Shown one piece after another: positions 1-14,254 of a DNA stretch of 64,000 nt (position 1 is its first letter; each line of letters opens with the position of its first letter). The position numbers were made by a program, and so were the translations under genes. The notes beneath the pieces were generated by a model that was not told where the DNA came from, did not search any database, and saw only the letters and a list, made by a program, of their open reading frames with translations. The stretch is taken from assembly GCA_964187785.1 (NCBI GenBank), contig OZ076409.1, positions 21,454,001 to 21,518,000 of the forward strand, given 5' to 3'. Source of the stretch: Amphiscolops sp. MND2022. Lineage: Eukaryota.

Positions 1-2318
1 CAACGCCAAGTTGTTGAAACTCTTGCTTTTTCAAAGTAAAATGTCACAGAGTGCAAAAAAACACCCAAAGGAAGCATTTCGTGCTCGGAAGGCGCTTTCC
101 TATAACTAAAAACATCAAAAAAGCACAATTGGGTGATGTTTCTAAATGTCTCACAGTGCCGGAAAAACCCTAATGGGGAACCTTTTGGTTTCAAGTAGTT
201 TCGATGTTACGGTAAACACTAAGAACAATTCATGATACTATGAGGTAGGACACTTCAGAGTCTGAAGTTCAGACTCCTTGGGCTACTTGGGTACCCTTAG
301 AACCCCTTGGGCACCCCTTAGAACTTAGGCCTAAAGTGTGTAAAATTTGGACCATTCAATGTGAGGTCTGTGGTCTGACGAAAAAAAACTTGCCACTTTA
401 CAAAAAGCGCCGACTAAAAGCAAATGCAGCATAACAGTGCTGAACTTCTTTGTATTGACCACGGGTAGTATTTGCAGATTGCCTCAGCTTATTGTTTCAT
501 TTTCTCAATTATATTGCTAACATAGGACACTTTTTGTATATTGTTTGCACTACGGCCATTTTGAAAGAATTGGTCCAACTACCATCAAAATATCTGATTA
601 TGAAATGAAAGCTCTAGTCCTCCTGGCCCTTAGATTTTGCTACTTTCATCCTTTTTCGCAACAATTCCCATTTTTGACCGATGCTAGCCATGTGCAATCA
701 TTTGAATCGATGGGTTACTGTGCTGACGAGCAGGTCCTTTGGGATCTAGGAGCCGAGACAATTGGCCATTCATTCACTTCAAAGCACTGTAATCATCAAA
801 CTAATCTACCAAATTCTATCTAAGGTATTGCTTAGCAGCGACAAAACAGCGTCATAATAGTCGCAATGTCGCGAGTTTTCAATCTCGAACGGATCAGCGT
901 ATAATTTTGGGAAATACTCAAAAAAGCTTAATTCAGTAGTGAATGTAAATAAAATTGAACAATGCAGATTGAATAAAAATCTGAAAACTTGAGTGAAGTC
1001 GTACTTTTATGTTGACCATTTTTTGTGTGCTTTTTCATGTCTGGAATGTCTGAAAAATGTGAAATAAATGGAAAGTTTTCCATGAAACAAGAGAGAATTT
1101 ATGATAATCCTTATATGGCATAGTGGCAACGGAAGATAGATTTATGTGTTAGGCAAGCAATCACGGGGTGTTACCATCCAAGATGGTACGTAATAATTTC
1201 ACCCTGGTGTGTAAATCACGGAAGCTGCCTTGCTTGTGTTCTAAGGCATTAACGGACTATTAGTTTCTTACTCTGCATATGTTGTGTGCAAAAATGACTT
1301 GTTTGGTTATTGTGCCCGTAATAAAACAAGACCTTGGTGCCTATAAAATCATTTTTATAGAAGTCCACATTGGTTGTTCGGTGTGGTTGGGAATATTTTT
1401 TGGCAAATACCTGTCTGTGATGTCATACCTGCGGTGCAGTAGGCGTGGCTTGGCTGAACATTAATGAGCAACAACTGTCGTGAAAAAACAACAGCACGGC
1501 AACTTTGCTTTCTTCATAATGCTCCCTTGTAACTTCGGGGAAGCAATCAAGGGCTTTATTATTGCGACTTCACACGGGGTCGGGTTGCAGTATTTCAAAT
1601 GCACGTAACACCGCGTAACACGGAGAAGACACTTTTTGGTATTCTGGTATTCAACAAACTCTGGAATGGGTATTGCTGGCTAAGGCGACTGGCTAATGCA
1701 AAATGAAATGCGTTGTGCCTTTTCTTAACCATACCTTCATCTCTGGTAGTTCTGAAATGAGGCGAAGCAGCGAATCAGTTTTTATAAGGTTGATTAAATT
1801 CAGATAGCAAGTGTGTGTGTGTTAAGTTGATTACTCTGTGAGGAATTACGACTGCGATCTTTTTTGAAGTTTCTTTGATGTCTTTTTTTAACAGTTTCTT
1901 CCGCATATCTTCGCAAGTTGCCTTCATTAGTAGTTCTTTCCCTTTTCACGCCGGCAGACCGACCAGTGTAGAAAAACCAGATGCAAAGACTTGGGCACTT
2001 GGTAGACTTACTTGATGCTACATGTCGCATCAACGTCACATTTCCATGTTTGGAAATTGTGCCCTAATGCATCGGTTTTAAGCCGTGATCGAAACTGTAG
2101 TGAAATTTGAAGCAATCGATATCGTTGGCAAAGTTGGCGTGAATAAACAGTGACAGGTACCCACATTACGAACCACTATAGTGTACATAGCTGGGTGCTC
2201 TGAAGGTTCTGTTCTGTTGTATTGTTTTATTGAACTATGTTGTGTTGAGTTATTCATCACAGTCATCCCTGCCCTTAGTGTGTTACCATCAACATCATCA
2301 TCATCATCCATCGTTTTC

Positions 2319-2523
2319 ATGTCTGTTGCAGACGACGCTTGCCTTAATCCTCATACATCTGGCCGGGATTCCCAGTGCAGTGGAGGGAGTGGCCGTTCTT
2401 GTGCAGCTCCGGCTACAACTTCACCAGCAGTCTCAGCCATCCACAGTCGCAATTTACCCAACATCAGCGCAGCCAGAGCAAACAGCCACGATAATATCCT
2501 CTCAGTTCCCCCCTTCTCAAATA
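2319..2523 (+). CDS. Possible host coding exon (low complexity)
   Basis: ATG-initiated, GC-richer open frame ending at a GTAAGT donor. No domain recognised and no matching downstream exon found. Confidence 0.25.
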
Positions 2524-3726
2524 GTAAGTTGCACCATCGATAATTCTTTCTGTCTCTTCCCCCTCCCCTCCCCGTCATCTTTATCTTTCCCAAATTTCTG
2601 TATTGTAGCTTTTCACTTCACTCGTTCCTATTTTTCATAAAATTCTGTGCTCCCTTAAAAGTAGAACACAACCGGTCGATTGTGAGCGATTGCTTTGATA
2701 TGGAAGCACGTGGTCGGCCGATGATTAAGCCCATCAGTTTTGCTGAATTTGTTTTAATTATTCAAAAATCGATTCCATCTACTCGATCTTTTGTAGTTGC
2801 GGATACATTGAAGTCGGCGCCGATTTTGTCCCCTTTTAAAAGTAAAAGCCCGTGAAAATGTCACCAAAGGCAATGCTCAATTTTTTAAATGGTTTTCTAC
2901 TACTTTGTGGAGCATACTGACTGCTGGAAAATTCAGCCGGTGGATGTTTTAACCCGTGGACTAGATAACAGGCCCATGGAGCCGTGCTCATTCCATGATT
3001 TATTTCTCCTCGCTCATAATCCCGACACTTTGGATGAATAAAATGAAAAATATGACACTTTGTGTGCGCTCTCTACATCGGAATGGAGCACTTTAGTAGC
3101 TGTCTCCAACTGCGTAAAGAGGATTGACTACATTATTAATACTAATACCATAACCATTGTAAAGCCCTCAATTATGACCAACAATAGCACCATGGATGAG
3201 AGTGTGCAGTAGTAGACTACATGTTGTGTGGAGCTAGTGTTACCATTGCTGACAAGTTTTTGTCATAGTAATTAGTCTGGCTGTTTGCATTTATAATCAA
3301 TAATCAGATGAGTCGGTTTGTCAAGTTCTACATTTTCGATTAAAATCTTACCAACTTTATTTACCTCGCTCTTCGAAATCTTCTTAATCTTACAGAACCC
3401 TTCTTTCATGTTTCTTGTTCATACATCGCAGCAGAATTTTCCTTTGTTCCGAACATTTGATAGCTTTTACCACCTTCAAAGTCCTCCCTTTACTATGGCT
3501 TGCACAATGGCTAAGCTAAAAACACATTGACCTTATATCGATTCCGAGAATCCGTCTTCGTTTCAACTGGCTAACAAAATTTGGCAACTAGTTGAGTCAC
3601 CGCGAGGAGCTGTCGTCAGAAAAAAAAAGCAACAAGAACAACGTCAGTGACTCATTGTTGCCTGGAGCCTGCGTGAAATAAAAGTTTGTTCACTTGAGAA
3701 GCTGGTACGTGAAGTTTTTGGGTGTC

Positions 3727-4356
3727 ATGTGGGAGTCTAACTGTGAGGACGGGGAAGATGCAACATCAGAGATGCCCACTGTGCAGCCTCCACCACCGCT
3801 GCCGCAAGCGACTGAAAACATCAGAAACCAAGAAAACATCACCAAAAACAACCACAACAGCAAGGAAGTGGCATCCACTATTCATTCCCTGGCTAGACGA
3901 CCCAAAAGCCTATACTCTGGCGCTGATTACCATGTTTACAGCGTGCCTAAGCTGTACAACAGCCAGCGAAGTTGTGTTGAAACCCCTTCTGCGTCTTCTA
4001 ATAAATCCCCCACGCGCCCAAATTTCGCAATAGGTGAGACAGACCTGGTTAAAGGTGCCGTGGATTCGAACAGTGCCCAAAGTGTCAACGTGTTGCCTTC
4101 CAATGTCCCGACCACGCATTATAGGCTGAGTAGAACGAGGTCCAATTCGATCTACAAGCCCGCGTCTGTGCATTATTACCCGCTTAATCGCCACGGGAGA
4201 TACAATTATAATCAAACAGGTGGGAATTACCACGATAGAAACCTCAGCGGCCGATACACGTGGAAACCAGTTCGGATAATGAACACTGTTTCTTGGATGT
4301 CCATCGAGGATAAACCTCATGCAAGTTCCGTTAACTCACTTTCACACGCAAGTTAG
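3727..4356 (+). CDS. Possible host ORF/terminal exon, Ser/Pro/Asn-rich protein (209 aa)
   Basis: Open frame of more than 200 codons with disordered-protein composition and AATAAA downstream (~4412). No domain recognised. Confidence 0.35.
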   Translation: MWESNCEDGEDATSEMPTVQPPPPLPQATENIRNQENITKNNHNSKEVASTIHSLARRPKSLYSGADYHVYSVPKLYNSQRSCVETPSASSNKSPTRPNFAIGETDLVKGAVDSNSAQSVNVLPSNVPTTHYRLSRTRSNSIYKPASVHYYPLNRHGRYNYNQTGGNYHDRNLSGRYTWKPVRIMNTVSWMSIEDKPHASSVNSLSHAS

Positions 4357-4970
4357 TCTAAACAACAACAAAGTCTATAAATCCTATTACAAACTGTACT
4401 TCAAAAGTTGTAATAAACAACAGTTAATTAAATCCTGGACAACATACTTTTTACAAAAATCCATATCCCGGCCTTTTGTCTGAGTTGCTGTCAGAGTTGC
4501 ATATAAATTTATATATTTGTCTTTAGTAGTTGTATTGTTGACGGACTTGTCAAAAAATTGTTGATTTTCAGCTTATTCATTGCCTTCTAATTTTAGGCCA
4601 TCTAATTTTAAATAATCGGTATATTACAGATAAATACTTTTTGATGCCATTAGAACAATAAAATACGAAAAAGAGCAAAGCTTCGGTTTTTTTGGTGATA
4701 CAGGGGCCCGGTATTGAACCATTAGAAGAAACCATATACATAACTGGCTGAATATTTGACAGACCAGTTATTAATTTTTTTGGCACAAGCTCTTCAGCTT
4801 CATATTCGAAATTTTGTTCATCTCTTGGACGTTTGTGAGAAGCAAGTGTCACTCCTGATTTGCTGTGAAAATGAATACTTTTGTTTTCTGTCTTCTCTTT
4901 TGAAACTCTCAAAATGACTCGTAACATGAATTCAAGGTTTAAAGTGTCCAATCTGTTAATTTTGGTTAAC

Positions 4971-5421
4971 CAAACGAGTCAGAAACTGGGAACTGCCCTA
5001 GTCGGCGCCCGCTTAATGCTCTAATGCGCTAAAGCAAAGTTTTTCAACGAGGATCAGGGATAGGTATTTGAAAAAATCTGGCTAAATCTCACCTAACCGA
5101 AAAATATCGAAGTATGGACCATTCAGGCTTGGTAAACGGCTTGACCATTTAGGCTTCAAAACTACCAAACGAGACCCTTCGGTGGAAAAGTTCAAAGGGG
5201 GCCCTATATTCCCGTCCGGTTTTGTATCTTACGTTGAAAATTGTGTACACGAAAGTGGGGACCCTTTGCACTACCTTAGATGCGTTTCCGCTTGCCGGTC
5301 CAGTAGTTTAGTAGTTCTGAAGAAAATGTCCACTACGCATACATTCTGTTGTCTGACGAAAAAAACTAGTCACTGTAGTAGTCGGGCTTTTTTCCTTTAA
5401 AGGAAAAGGCGCCGACTAAAA
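4971..5421 (-). mobile_element. HINE-like element copy
   Basis: AGTCGGCGCC near the left end and GGCGCCGACTAAAA at the right end; shares internal blocks with other copies. Confidence 0.55.
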
Positions 5422-5621
5422 ATATACAATACTGTAAAAGCAGACCCTTTGGATGCATGTTTTGCTAGATTTCAATACATTTCCACCGCCAGTGTCTTTC
5501 TAGTAAGTTTTTGAAAAGTGAACATTACAGTGATAGCTGGAGAAACAAGCTGGGAACTGTATAAGTCGGCTCCCGCTGAATGCTGAAAAAGAGCAAAAGT
5601 ACTCAAAAGGGTCAAGGAATC

Positions 5622-6107
5622 TTTTTAGTCGGCGCTTTTCTTAAGAAAAGAGCCCGACTATTACAGTCACTCGTTTTTTTTATTTAGGTCAGACTCGAAG
5701 CGACGAACGTTAAAATTAACGTTCAACTACTAAATAAGTACTAAACTACTGGACCGCTAAAGGCAAACGGGGAGCGCATTCATTTACTTTATAAACGTTA
5801 CAACATACAAGCCCGGACGGGACTAAAGTCCCCCCCCCCCTTTCAATTTTTTTTCGGCGCTGTGAGACTTTTTTTTCGAAATTTTTTTAATGTCCCCAAA
5901 GGGTCCCCCCTTTGAGTTTTTTGTTATTTTGCTACAGAATGCGTGTTTATAAATCAAAAAGGGTCCCCCTTTTACATTTTTCGGCACTGTGCGACATTTT
6001 CCGAAAGAATTTTTTTTTCGAAAATTTCAAATTTTTTTCCAAAAAAAATGTTTTGCGCTTTTTGAGCCTTAGATATAGCGCCGACTTGAGACGTTCCCGT
6101 CTTGTTT
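5622..6107 (+). mobile_element. Helentron-associated non-autonomous element (HINE/DINE-1-like)
   Basis: 5' TTTTAGTCGGCGC subterminal repeat within a hairpin, a 3' inverted GCGCCGACT, and a terminal stem-loop AGACG-TTCC-CGTCT followed by TGTT. Highly similar to 57762-58249. Confidence 0.7.
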
Positions 6108-9100
6108 GAAAATAATCTAAATCTCATAGTGCCGAAAAAATGGGGGACCCCGTGGGCTTCAAAAGTTTTTTTTGCTTTTTAATCATTTCTGCGATAGCAG
6201 TAATATCATTGAACTCTCAAGAAATCAACTTATTTTTGTTCAGTACAATTCTTGTCCTGATACTGAAAAATTCAGATATTTTGATCGGCAGTGAGTATAA
6301 GCGTTGGATTTAAATTTCTCAAGCTGCCGACAACAATTCGTTTCTTGTGCGATGGAACGAGCGAGTGGTAATTATGCATTCGTACGCCGAATTCATTGAG
6401 ATGAAGCGAGCAAATGTTCGTAATTATGCTTTCGTACGCCGAGTTATTGAGATGAAGCGAACGAGTGTTAATTATTCGTTCGCCGAGAGCTTCGCCTGCA
6501 TTCAAATGCGAATGCGAAACTTCGCCTACGCTTAGTTGTTATATTTTCTTTAGTATTAAAAGAATTAAAGGCGGTGTAATCTGATAGTGATTGATTGTGC
6601 GCTATATAAAAGATTAAGATATGCTTCTATTAATGAACATGAAAGCCTAAAAGTAGAAATAATAATGTGCCCCGCATGGGCCTATTTTCTATTACAGGAA
6701 AAAAAAACAAAAATCCGAAACTTTTTCCCTGTTTTATAACCAGAAATTTCAAATAATTAAAGCGAGCACCCTCTTGGGAAAATATTGAGAAAATGGTACT
6801 GTGCCGGAAACACAAAAGGCGACCCTTCGGGCTCCGAACGTTTTTTTCTTGTCCGAAACTTTTTTTCAAAAAAGAAAAGGGGTTTTTTAAAAAAGTAAAC
6901 TTTTTGAAAAAAAAGTCGAAGAAAAGAACCAACTGTAGCAGTGGCTTGTTCAAGACGAGCTATCTGACAGATGGCTATAAGCATTTCTTTGCTTATAGTT
7001 AGTAATCTAGTTTAGTAATTTTTAACTGCCACTTGGCCTAGAGGTTAACTCGAATTTCTGAGGTCTGAGACGATGTCTGAGAAGCAGAAGTACGTGAGTT
7101 CGACTCTCGCACTAAAGCAGTTTTTTAGCTGGCAAAAGTAGAGGCGAGACCAAAGGGTATCCTTTTGTTTTTTTTCGAAGTTGTGCGACTTTTTTCTGAG
7201 TTTTTTCAAAGCCAAACACCCTTCATCATTTTTCGCAGAAACAGCGTTTTGCGAGCATAGAAGATATTTAAAGTTTTTTCGGTACAATGCGACTTACCGG
7301 AGTTTTCAAAAATTTTGGAAGTTTTGAAAATTTTTTTCAATGATTGTGGAAAGATTCTGGAAAAAGGCCGTTCCTGGCTCGTTTCATAGAGCGCCGACTA
7401 AAAATTATCCAATGTAAAACTCTTGCTTTGTTCTTGCAAAAAGCGGGGACTAAAACCCACTAAATTAGGCCTTTTTTCAATAAAACAAAACTGTTTGACA
7501 ACAAAGCAGTGTTTTTAATGATGACGAAAAAGAGCTTTGAAATTGAATAAGGGGCGAAAAGTACTTAGCCGATGAAGAAATTCGATTTTTTTACTTCTTA
7601 CACACCTCCTTTTGAAGAAAGAGCAAGCTATAACTGACTAGTATTTTTCTCTCCAGCCTCCCATCGAAAGTTCAAGTTCTTCAGTGGTTCGATTTTGTCC
7701 TGGGACAAGTGTAAAATGTGCTTAGCGCCATATTGAAGTTTTTCAGCACTTTATGATTTTTTCCGGAAATTTTGTTATTTCATCAAAGGGTCCTGCTTGA
7801 TCGTTTTGTTGCTTTCTGTAAATTAAAAATTCTGGTGCCACAAAAATTTTCCTACAAATGATTCGTCGCGTTTTTGGAGCCTTAAGCGGGCGCCGATTTG
7901 GGCCGTTCCTGGTTTGTTCCGATTGCGAGAATGTAAGTTTCATCCCTGAATTTTCCAGGAAAAAAACTTGTTTCATATACTGCGGTATTGTTTCAGAAAA
8001 TTCAATGAATGTAAAAGGACCGGACTATTTGGACTCACTTATGCAGTTTCAATTCGCTCGGTCCTTTTAACTTTGAGTCCTTTAAGGAAGTAGACTTAAT
8101 TGCTCCTGGCCTAACTTGCTGAAAAAGAACATTTGAATCTAGATACAGAGTCATTCAGGCGCCCCATGAACTTGCGCTTCTTTGCATTTTTGCCATTATT
8201 CGGCGGTTTCCTTTGATGTGACCTCTATACTAAAAGACAATGTGCTGGATTTATGCAAATGTAACCTTCTCGTAATTGCACCATCGAGAAATGAAGTGTT
8301 ATCGACCGTGGCAGTTACACAAATTAGCCACCCAGATTCACTGCATCACTGAAATAATCCCCATTCTGCATATTTTAGAGCCACCGAACTGACATCAAAG
8401 AAAATTTGGGGTGAAAAGCCGACTAAATTCCTTCTTGGCTATTTCAGTTCATGGACTGAATTCCACGGCGCCTTAGCTATTAGTCTTTGAAGCAAATTTA
8501 CCAGTAATCTGGCCCAGGTAAAGTTAAATCGGCAACTGAGTTAACTGTTTCTTTATTAGATATTGGAAGTTGGTTATTACTGAATATTACATATTTGCAG
8601 ATAAAATCATCCAACGGAATACCATTGAAAAGATCAGGCCTGTGCCTTTTTGTAAAAATTTACAAATATATGTATATGTAGGAGGTAATAAATGCGTTAT
8701 TTCTTTTTAAAAAAACCCGCCTCAGGTGAAAAGGCGAATTTCACACCTTTTATGTGAATGAAAATATCCGCATGAAAACCACCTGAAATGAGTCATACAC
8801 TGATTGTTTTCTGAGGCATGCTGAAAGGCATCCATTGATTTATCCGATCTAATTAGGAACTGACTCAAATTCTTTTCTATTGCCCCAAAATCCGAGTTTT
8901 CATCACTAATGGCCTCGAAACATAATAATTCCGACCTCCTTCATGGTTCTCATAATTGGATGCTTATAATTGAAATTTAGAAGAAGCAAATTGGAACAAT
9001 TTTAATCATGAAATTCTTCAATTGTATTATTCGCTGTTTGAATTAAATACGTGACCCCAAAAGAAGTTAAATTATTACTTCCTGGGTATAATTGTTCTGG

Positions 9101-10393
9101 TTTGTAATTTGGCTCTAACCTGGTCGAGGCTTCTCTAACGAATATAACGAGACAATGCCTAATTAGTACCTAAGCAAACTGACAATATCGATCACGGGTA
9201 AACATCGCATCTTTTGCACCCAATGTACAAACCGGTGCTGTCGTAGTTTTGGGGTTAAATATACCAATTCAACCCAATACAGTACACACATTTAAACATA
9301 CCTACTGGTATACAAACTGGTTTACATGTAGACTCGTATTGGTGCAGAAATAGCGAATGTTGTCACTGGTGACGATATGCGCGCATTCATTTCTTGGGAG
9401 ACTCGGTTGGCCAGGGCATGTTTGTACACTTAGAGTACCGTTTGATTGTTCACATTAATCGGCGGGTGTAGATATTTTATTACACAAGTAAACCACCACC
9501 AGGCTGCTTAATCACTGTGATGTAATCCATCACCCATGTAATATTTAGACAACTCTTTAATCGGCGATATGAATCAGAGAGCTTCATTGTCTTTCTCCCG
9601 CTAATGTGAAACTGATATTCGTCTTAGTGCCAAGTTTAACTAACGTCGAATATGATCTAACCAGGCTCACTGGTAAGGTTACCAACTTGCAATGTTTTCA
9701 GCTGTGAGTAATCCGGAATACGGAGGTGAGTTGAAATTTTCTGTTATCCCTGGCTGCTAAATGTTGAAATGCGCGAATGTAGAATGTTAATTTTATGTAA
9801 GCCCAAGTGCGCACTGAATGTTCAGATACAATTTAAAGAAATTGAAGTTTAAGCTAATTCAAAGCTGCTTTTTTCGTTTGGTTTTAGTCTATAGTGTTGG
9901 ACCGAGAAGTTTCTTTGCTCAGCATTATGTGCATTTGAGAAACTCTCGAAAACTTTTCCTGTACCTTCCGAACGGATTTAGCAATAAAGCTGAGTTTTTA
10001 TTACTGAATTCATATTAAACCAATTACGTTGTCCATGATAAAAAATTAATACTTTGAGATAAAACTTTTTTATCCGTCACCCTATTTCATAAACAGTAAA
10101 ATGTTTGAGAAATCAGCAACCATATACAGTAACAGATTGTCAATAAAAAATAAGAATTTGGCTCGAATGCACCCGCTTCTTACCCAAGCGCTTCCTGGAT
10201 CATGGGATTTATGCTTAGATTTTGAAAGAAACTTTCTGTGGAGTTTTCAAAAGATTTGAATCGGCAAGTTTTTGCAATAACAAAGGGACCGATAATACCC
10301 TCATGGTAACTGGGCGTCTCCTTTATTGCTCAAACCTACAAATGATTTGGCAATGATAAAACACCACTTTTGCTTGCTTTGCACGTGACAGGT

Positions 10394-10869
10394 AAACAAG
10401 CCGGGAACGGCCCAAGTCGGCGCCATATCTAAGGCTCAAAAATAGCAAAAGGACTTCAATATGTCAAAGTATTGGTGAGTTGGGGACCCTTTTATGAAAA
10501 AAAATTTTTGGAAAAAAGTCTCACAATGCCGAAAAAACTGAAAGGGGGGACCCTTTGGGATTTTCCAACATCCATTCTGTCGCAAAACAGCAAAAAAAAT
10601 TGAAGGGGGGACCCTTTGGGGAAAAAAAGTCTCACAATGCCGAAAAAAACTGAAAGGGGGGACCCTTTGGTCTCGCCCGGTATGGTATGTTACGCGGGAA
10701 AACAGGAAAAACCTTTTTGGTTCAGTTCGCTAGGCCAAATGGTGCAATTTGGTGCAATAATATTTTGTAGAACTATTTTGGTCAGTTCAGGTGGTCTTAA
10801 AAAAACACTGACGAAAGAAAAGCCATGACTATAGTCGACTCTTTTCTGAAGAAAAGCGCCGACTAAAAA
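10394..10869 (-). mobile_element. HINE-like element copy
   Basis: AACAAGCCGGGAACGGCCCAAGTCGGCGCC ... GCGCCGACTAAAA. Confidence 0.65.
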
Positions 10870-11667
10870 TCTGCTCTTCTCAAAATCACAACGGGCGTGC
10901 CTCAAGGTTCAATTTAAGGACTTTTTTGTTCTTAGTATACATTTTAGCGAATTTGATTCTTTTACATTCTGTTCCTAGTATATGATCTAATTTTGCACAA
11001 ATCGTGTTAAAGCAACTTGACTATTTTCATAAACGACACATCCCTTATGAAATTAGGCGGACCAAACCAATCGAATGTGCAAAACGATTTTGCCGCAATC
11101 AGTACTGTTCTCATGAAACTGCAATTAGTTTCTATTAATTAATTTAAATTAATCAGTACTAATATTGATAAGTTTGAAAAAATTGATTCCCATCTTAGGA
11201 CTACCAAGTGATATAAAAATATTTAGCAAAAAATCAGAACCATGTAGATACTATGATCTTTATATCGATAGGAATTTACGTTTTGCCAACCATTTAATTG
11301 ATGTCAAGAAGTTAAAAACATTTCTGGGTATGAAACAATAATATCTGCTAAAATTCTATCCTTCATATACAAACAAAAATACTTCGAGCTTCTTTACAAA
11401 AAACGGGTAAACTTGATATGAAAATTTGACGGTTCTTTAACTTTGACTAGAGAAAAAGAAGTTTCTAACCAAGCTAATTTTCCTGAGTCAACGCGCTATG
11501 TCAAATTGATTTTTTTGGATGCAATGTAAACAAAATACTCAAATTAGCTCAGGTGAATGACTTTCTATTGCGTTAAAATGACCTATGCTTGGATTTTGTG
11601 TCGAGTTGAGTTTTTTATTCAACTTAATTCATTAGCCGGGAACGGCCCAAGTCGGCGCCACGCCCAA

Positions 11668-12555
11668 GTTTTTAGTCGGCGCTTTTATTAATAAAAGAGC
11701 CCGACTATTACAGTCACTCGTTTCTTTTAAGACAGACTCGAAGCGGCGAACGTTAAAATTAACGTTCAACTACTAATTACAGTACTACTAAAATACTGGC
11801 AGCGCATTTAAGATAGTGAAAGGGTCCCCCTTTCAGTTAGTCCTTTTTTATCGTAAGATACAAAACCGGACGAGACTCTAGGGTCCCCCTTTAAGTTTTT
11901 TCGACACTGTGCGACTTTTTTCTGAATTTCTTTCTGTCTCCGAAGGGTCCCCCTTCAAGTTTTCTGATATTTTACAGAAGTTTCAAAAAGCCCAAAGGGT
12001 CTCCCCCTTCAAGTTTTTCGGCACTATAAGACTGGCTAAAAATTCTAATTTTTAGATTTTTCGTTTTTTCTCGAAAATTTTTTTAATGTCTCGAAAGGGT
12101 CCCTTCAATTTTTTAAATATTTTGTAACAATAGATTTTAAACAATATCAAAGGGTCCCCTATTTTTAGATTTTTCGGCACTATGAGACTGTTCAAAATTG
12201 TCATTTTTCGTCTAAATTTAGGTTTTCACAGAATACATTTACCAATAATTTTTCCGAAACTATCCAAAACTTGGACGTAATATCCTGAGTAAAGCGCTAT
12301 ATCCGAATTTTTGACGTTATATCCGAATTTTTGACGTTATATCCGAATTATATTCCGTTTTACCAAGGAGGAGGCGGAGGTTCAAAAAAGCGCTCCCATT
12401 TGGGCCAGCACGCTATATCCGAAGTTTGAGACGTTACACCCCGCAACAAATTGGGTTTTCAAAAAACCCAAAGGCTCCCCCCTTTTACAATTTCAAAAAG
12501 TTTGAGCTTTTTGAGCCTTAGATATGGCGCCGAATTTAGACGTTCCCGTCTTGTT
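11668..12555 (+). mobile_element. HINE-like element copy with internal tandem repeats
   Basis: TTTTAGTCGGCGC ... AGACGTTCCCGTCTTGTT; internal TATATCCGAATTTTTGACGT repeats. Confidence 0.65.
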
Positions 12556-13944
12556 CGAATATGCAAAGGGCATTATTGTGAAAATTGCATCAAATATACA
12601 GTGCAAAAAATACCTAATGGATAACCATAAGACTCGAAAACCGCTTTTCCTAGCTCGAAACATCAAAAACCCAATTTTTGAAAAACTTTCGAATTTTTTT
12701 CTTGCCGGAAAAAGTCTGATAGTGCCGAAAAACGAAAAACCCAAAAGGAGACTCTAAGTTTTCAAAACTGTTTTTCCAAGCCATTGACTTTTAAAAAGTA
12801 AAAACCCTTTGACCAAATGGATATTTTATTGAAAAAAGTTTCCGAAAAAACCGTAGTTCTTTTTCACAGTTGAGAAAATTTCCCACTTATGGTCTTTTTA
12901 GTCGGCATCAGTCCCACAGGAACTAAGAATAACCAAAGATGTCATTCTTAAGACTCGGAAAGCGGTTTTCGTTTTCGTCAACAGAAAACTTGAAATAGAG
13001 TGAATTTTTTAAAATGTCGTTGATAAGTCGCATAGTGCCGAAAAAATTTAAAGGAATTTTCTGTGCTCGCAAAATGCTTTGTTTTTGTTAAAAAAGAATA
13101 GGGTGGGGGTGTTCGTTAAAGAAACTCAGAGAAAATACGTCGCATAATGTCGAAAAAAAGCCAAAGCAAGCATAAAAAACTTGGTTTTGTGTTGGACTCC
13201 AACCCACGGACTGCTGCTTCTCAGGCCTCGTCACCAGTCCTGGAAATCTGCGTTACTCAGTGGGCCAAATTTCGAAATATATGACCCTTTCAAAACTTGT
13301 AAAAGTGGATGCTTTGAAGGAAGTTCATGCCTTTGTTCTTTTCAAAATCTTGCAGCCAATTTATCGATTGAATTAAAGTGAAGTCGAGAAAAGTTGTGAG
13401 GTATTATTGGAAAATAAAATAAAGGTTTTGGCAGTAATACGACAAGTTTTTTGTTTTAGTTTGTCCAACACTATAGAATACTCGTTAGCTTGTTCCCTTC
13501 TGTCTGTTGCTTCATTTTCTCAAATAAATTCAATGAACGTAACATTTTGCCTAAAATTTACAATTTTTTCATTCTTACCCATTCTAGCATATACGACTTC
13601 AGTGCGTTGCACACCGCCTTTTTCTATTCACACTCTAAAGTTAATTCTTGTGTGTTGAAATAATTTAAAATCAATTGTGGTGAATTACAGATGTCTACGG
13701 GTCTTTGAGGTATAAAGTGAAGTTCTCTTCCTTTATTCGAAAAAACTTGCAGAAAGAAGTATATGTAGTATTTTCTCTCTTCTTACTTCAAATAAGCTCT
13801 GTAAATATTTTTAACCAATAAGAATGGGCCATCTCGAGAGCTGCCATTCAGAAGAGGGGATAGCCTCGAAATTGTAACCCAATCTGGCAACTTTTTATAC
13901 CTTCGTGTATCATTATTCCAGTGATCCGGCAAAAGTAACGCGAC

Positions 13945-14254
13945 AGTAGTAGTGGAAATCCCGATACTGGCCACAAAAACCCCAAAAATTAAAAGTCCTC
14001 AAAACCATTGATTTTAAGTACTTTTTAGAAAACATATCATTAAAAACAATGGTTTTCCGATACTGGCCAACAAAACGCCAAAAATTAAAAGTCCTCAAAA
14101 CCATTGATTTTAAGGACTTTTTAGAAGACAAATCATCAAAAATAGTGTTTTTATCATGAAGCAAAAATTCACTAACCTCTATGATGCAATGTGTAATAAT
14201 AACACGTTGCTGTACAGCCAGCGTTGCTGTACAGCCAGCGTTAATGTACAACCA
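13945..14254 (+). repeat. Left TIR of the Polinton (310 bp)
   Basis: Reverse complement of 28682-28991, with 2 substitutions seen. Contains two ~96-bp direct repeats (starting 13961 and 14057) and the first three copies of a 17-bp repeat. Confidence 0.95.

Noticed and set aside
10250..11350. Faint LINE-RT-like peptides (EGIIGPF on the minus strand; YIDRNLRFANH on the plus strand)
   Set aside because: Too degraded to delimit or support without a profile search.
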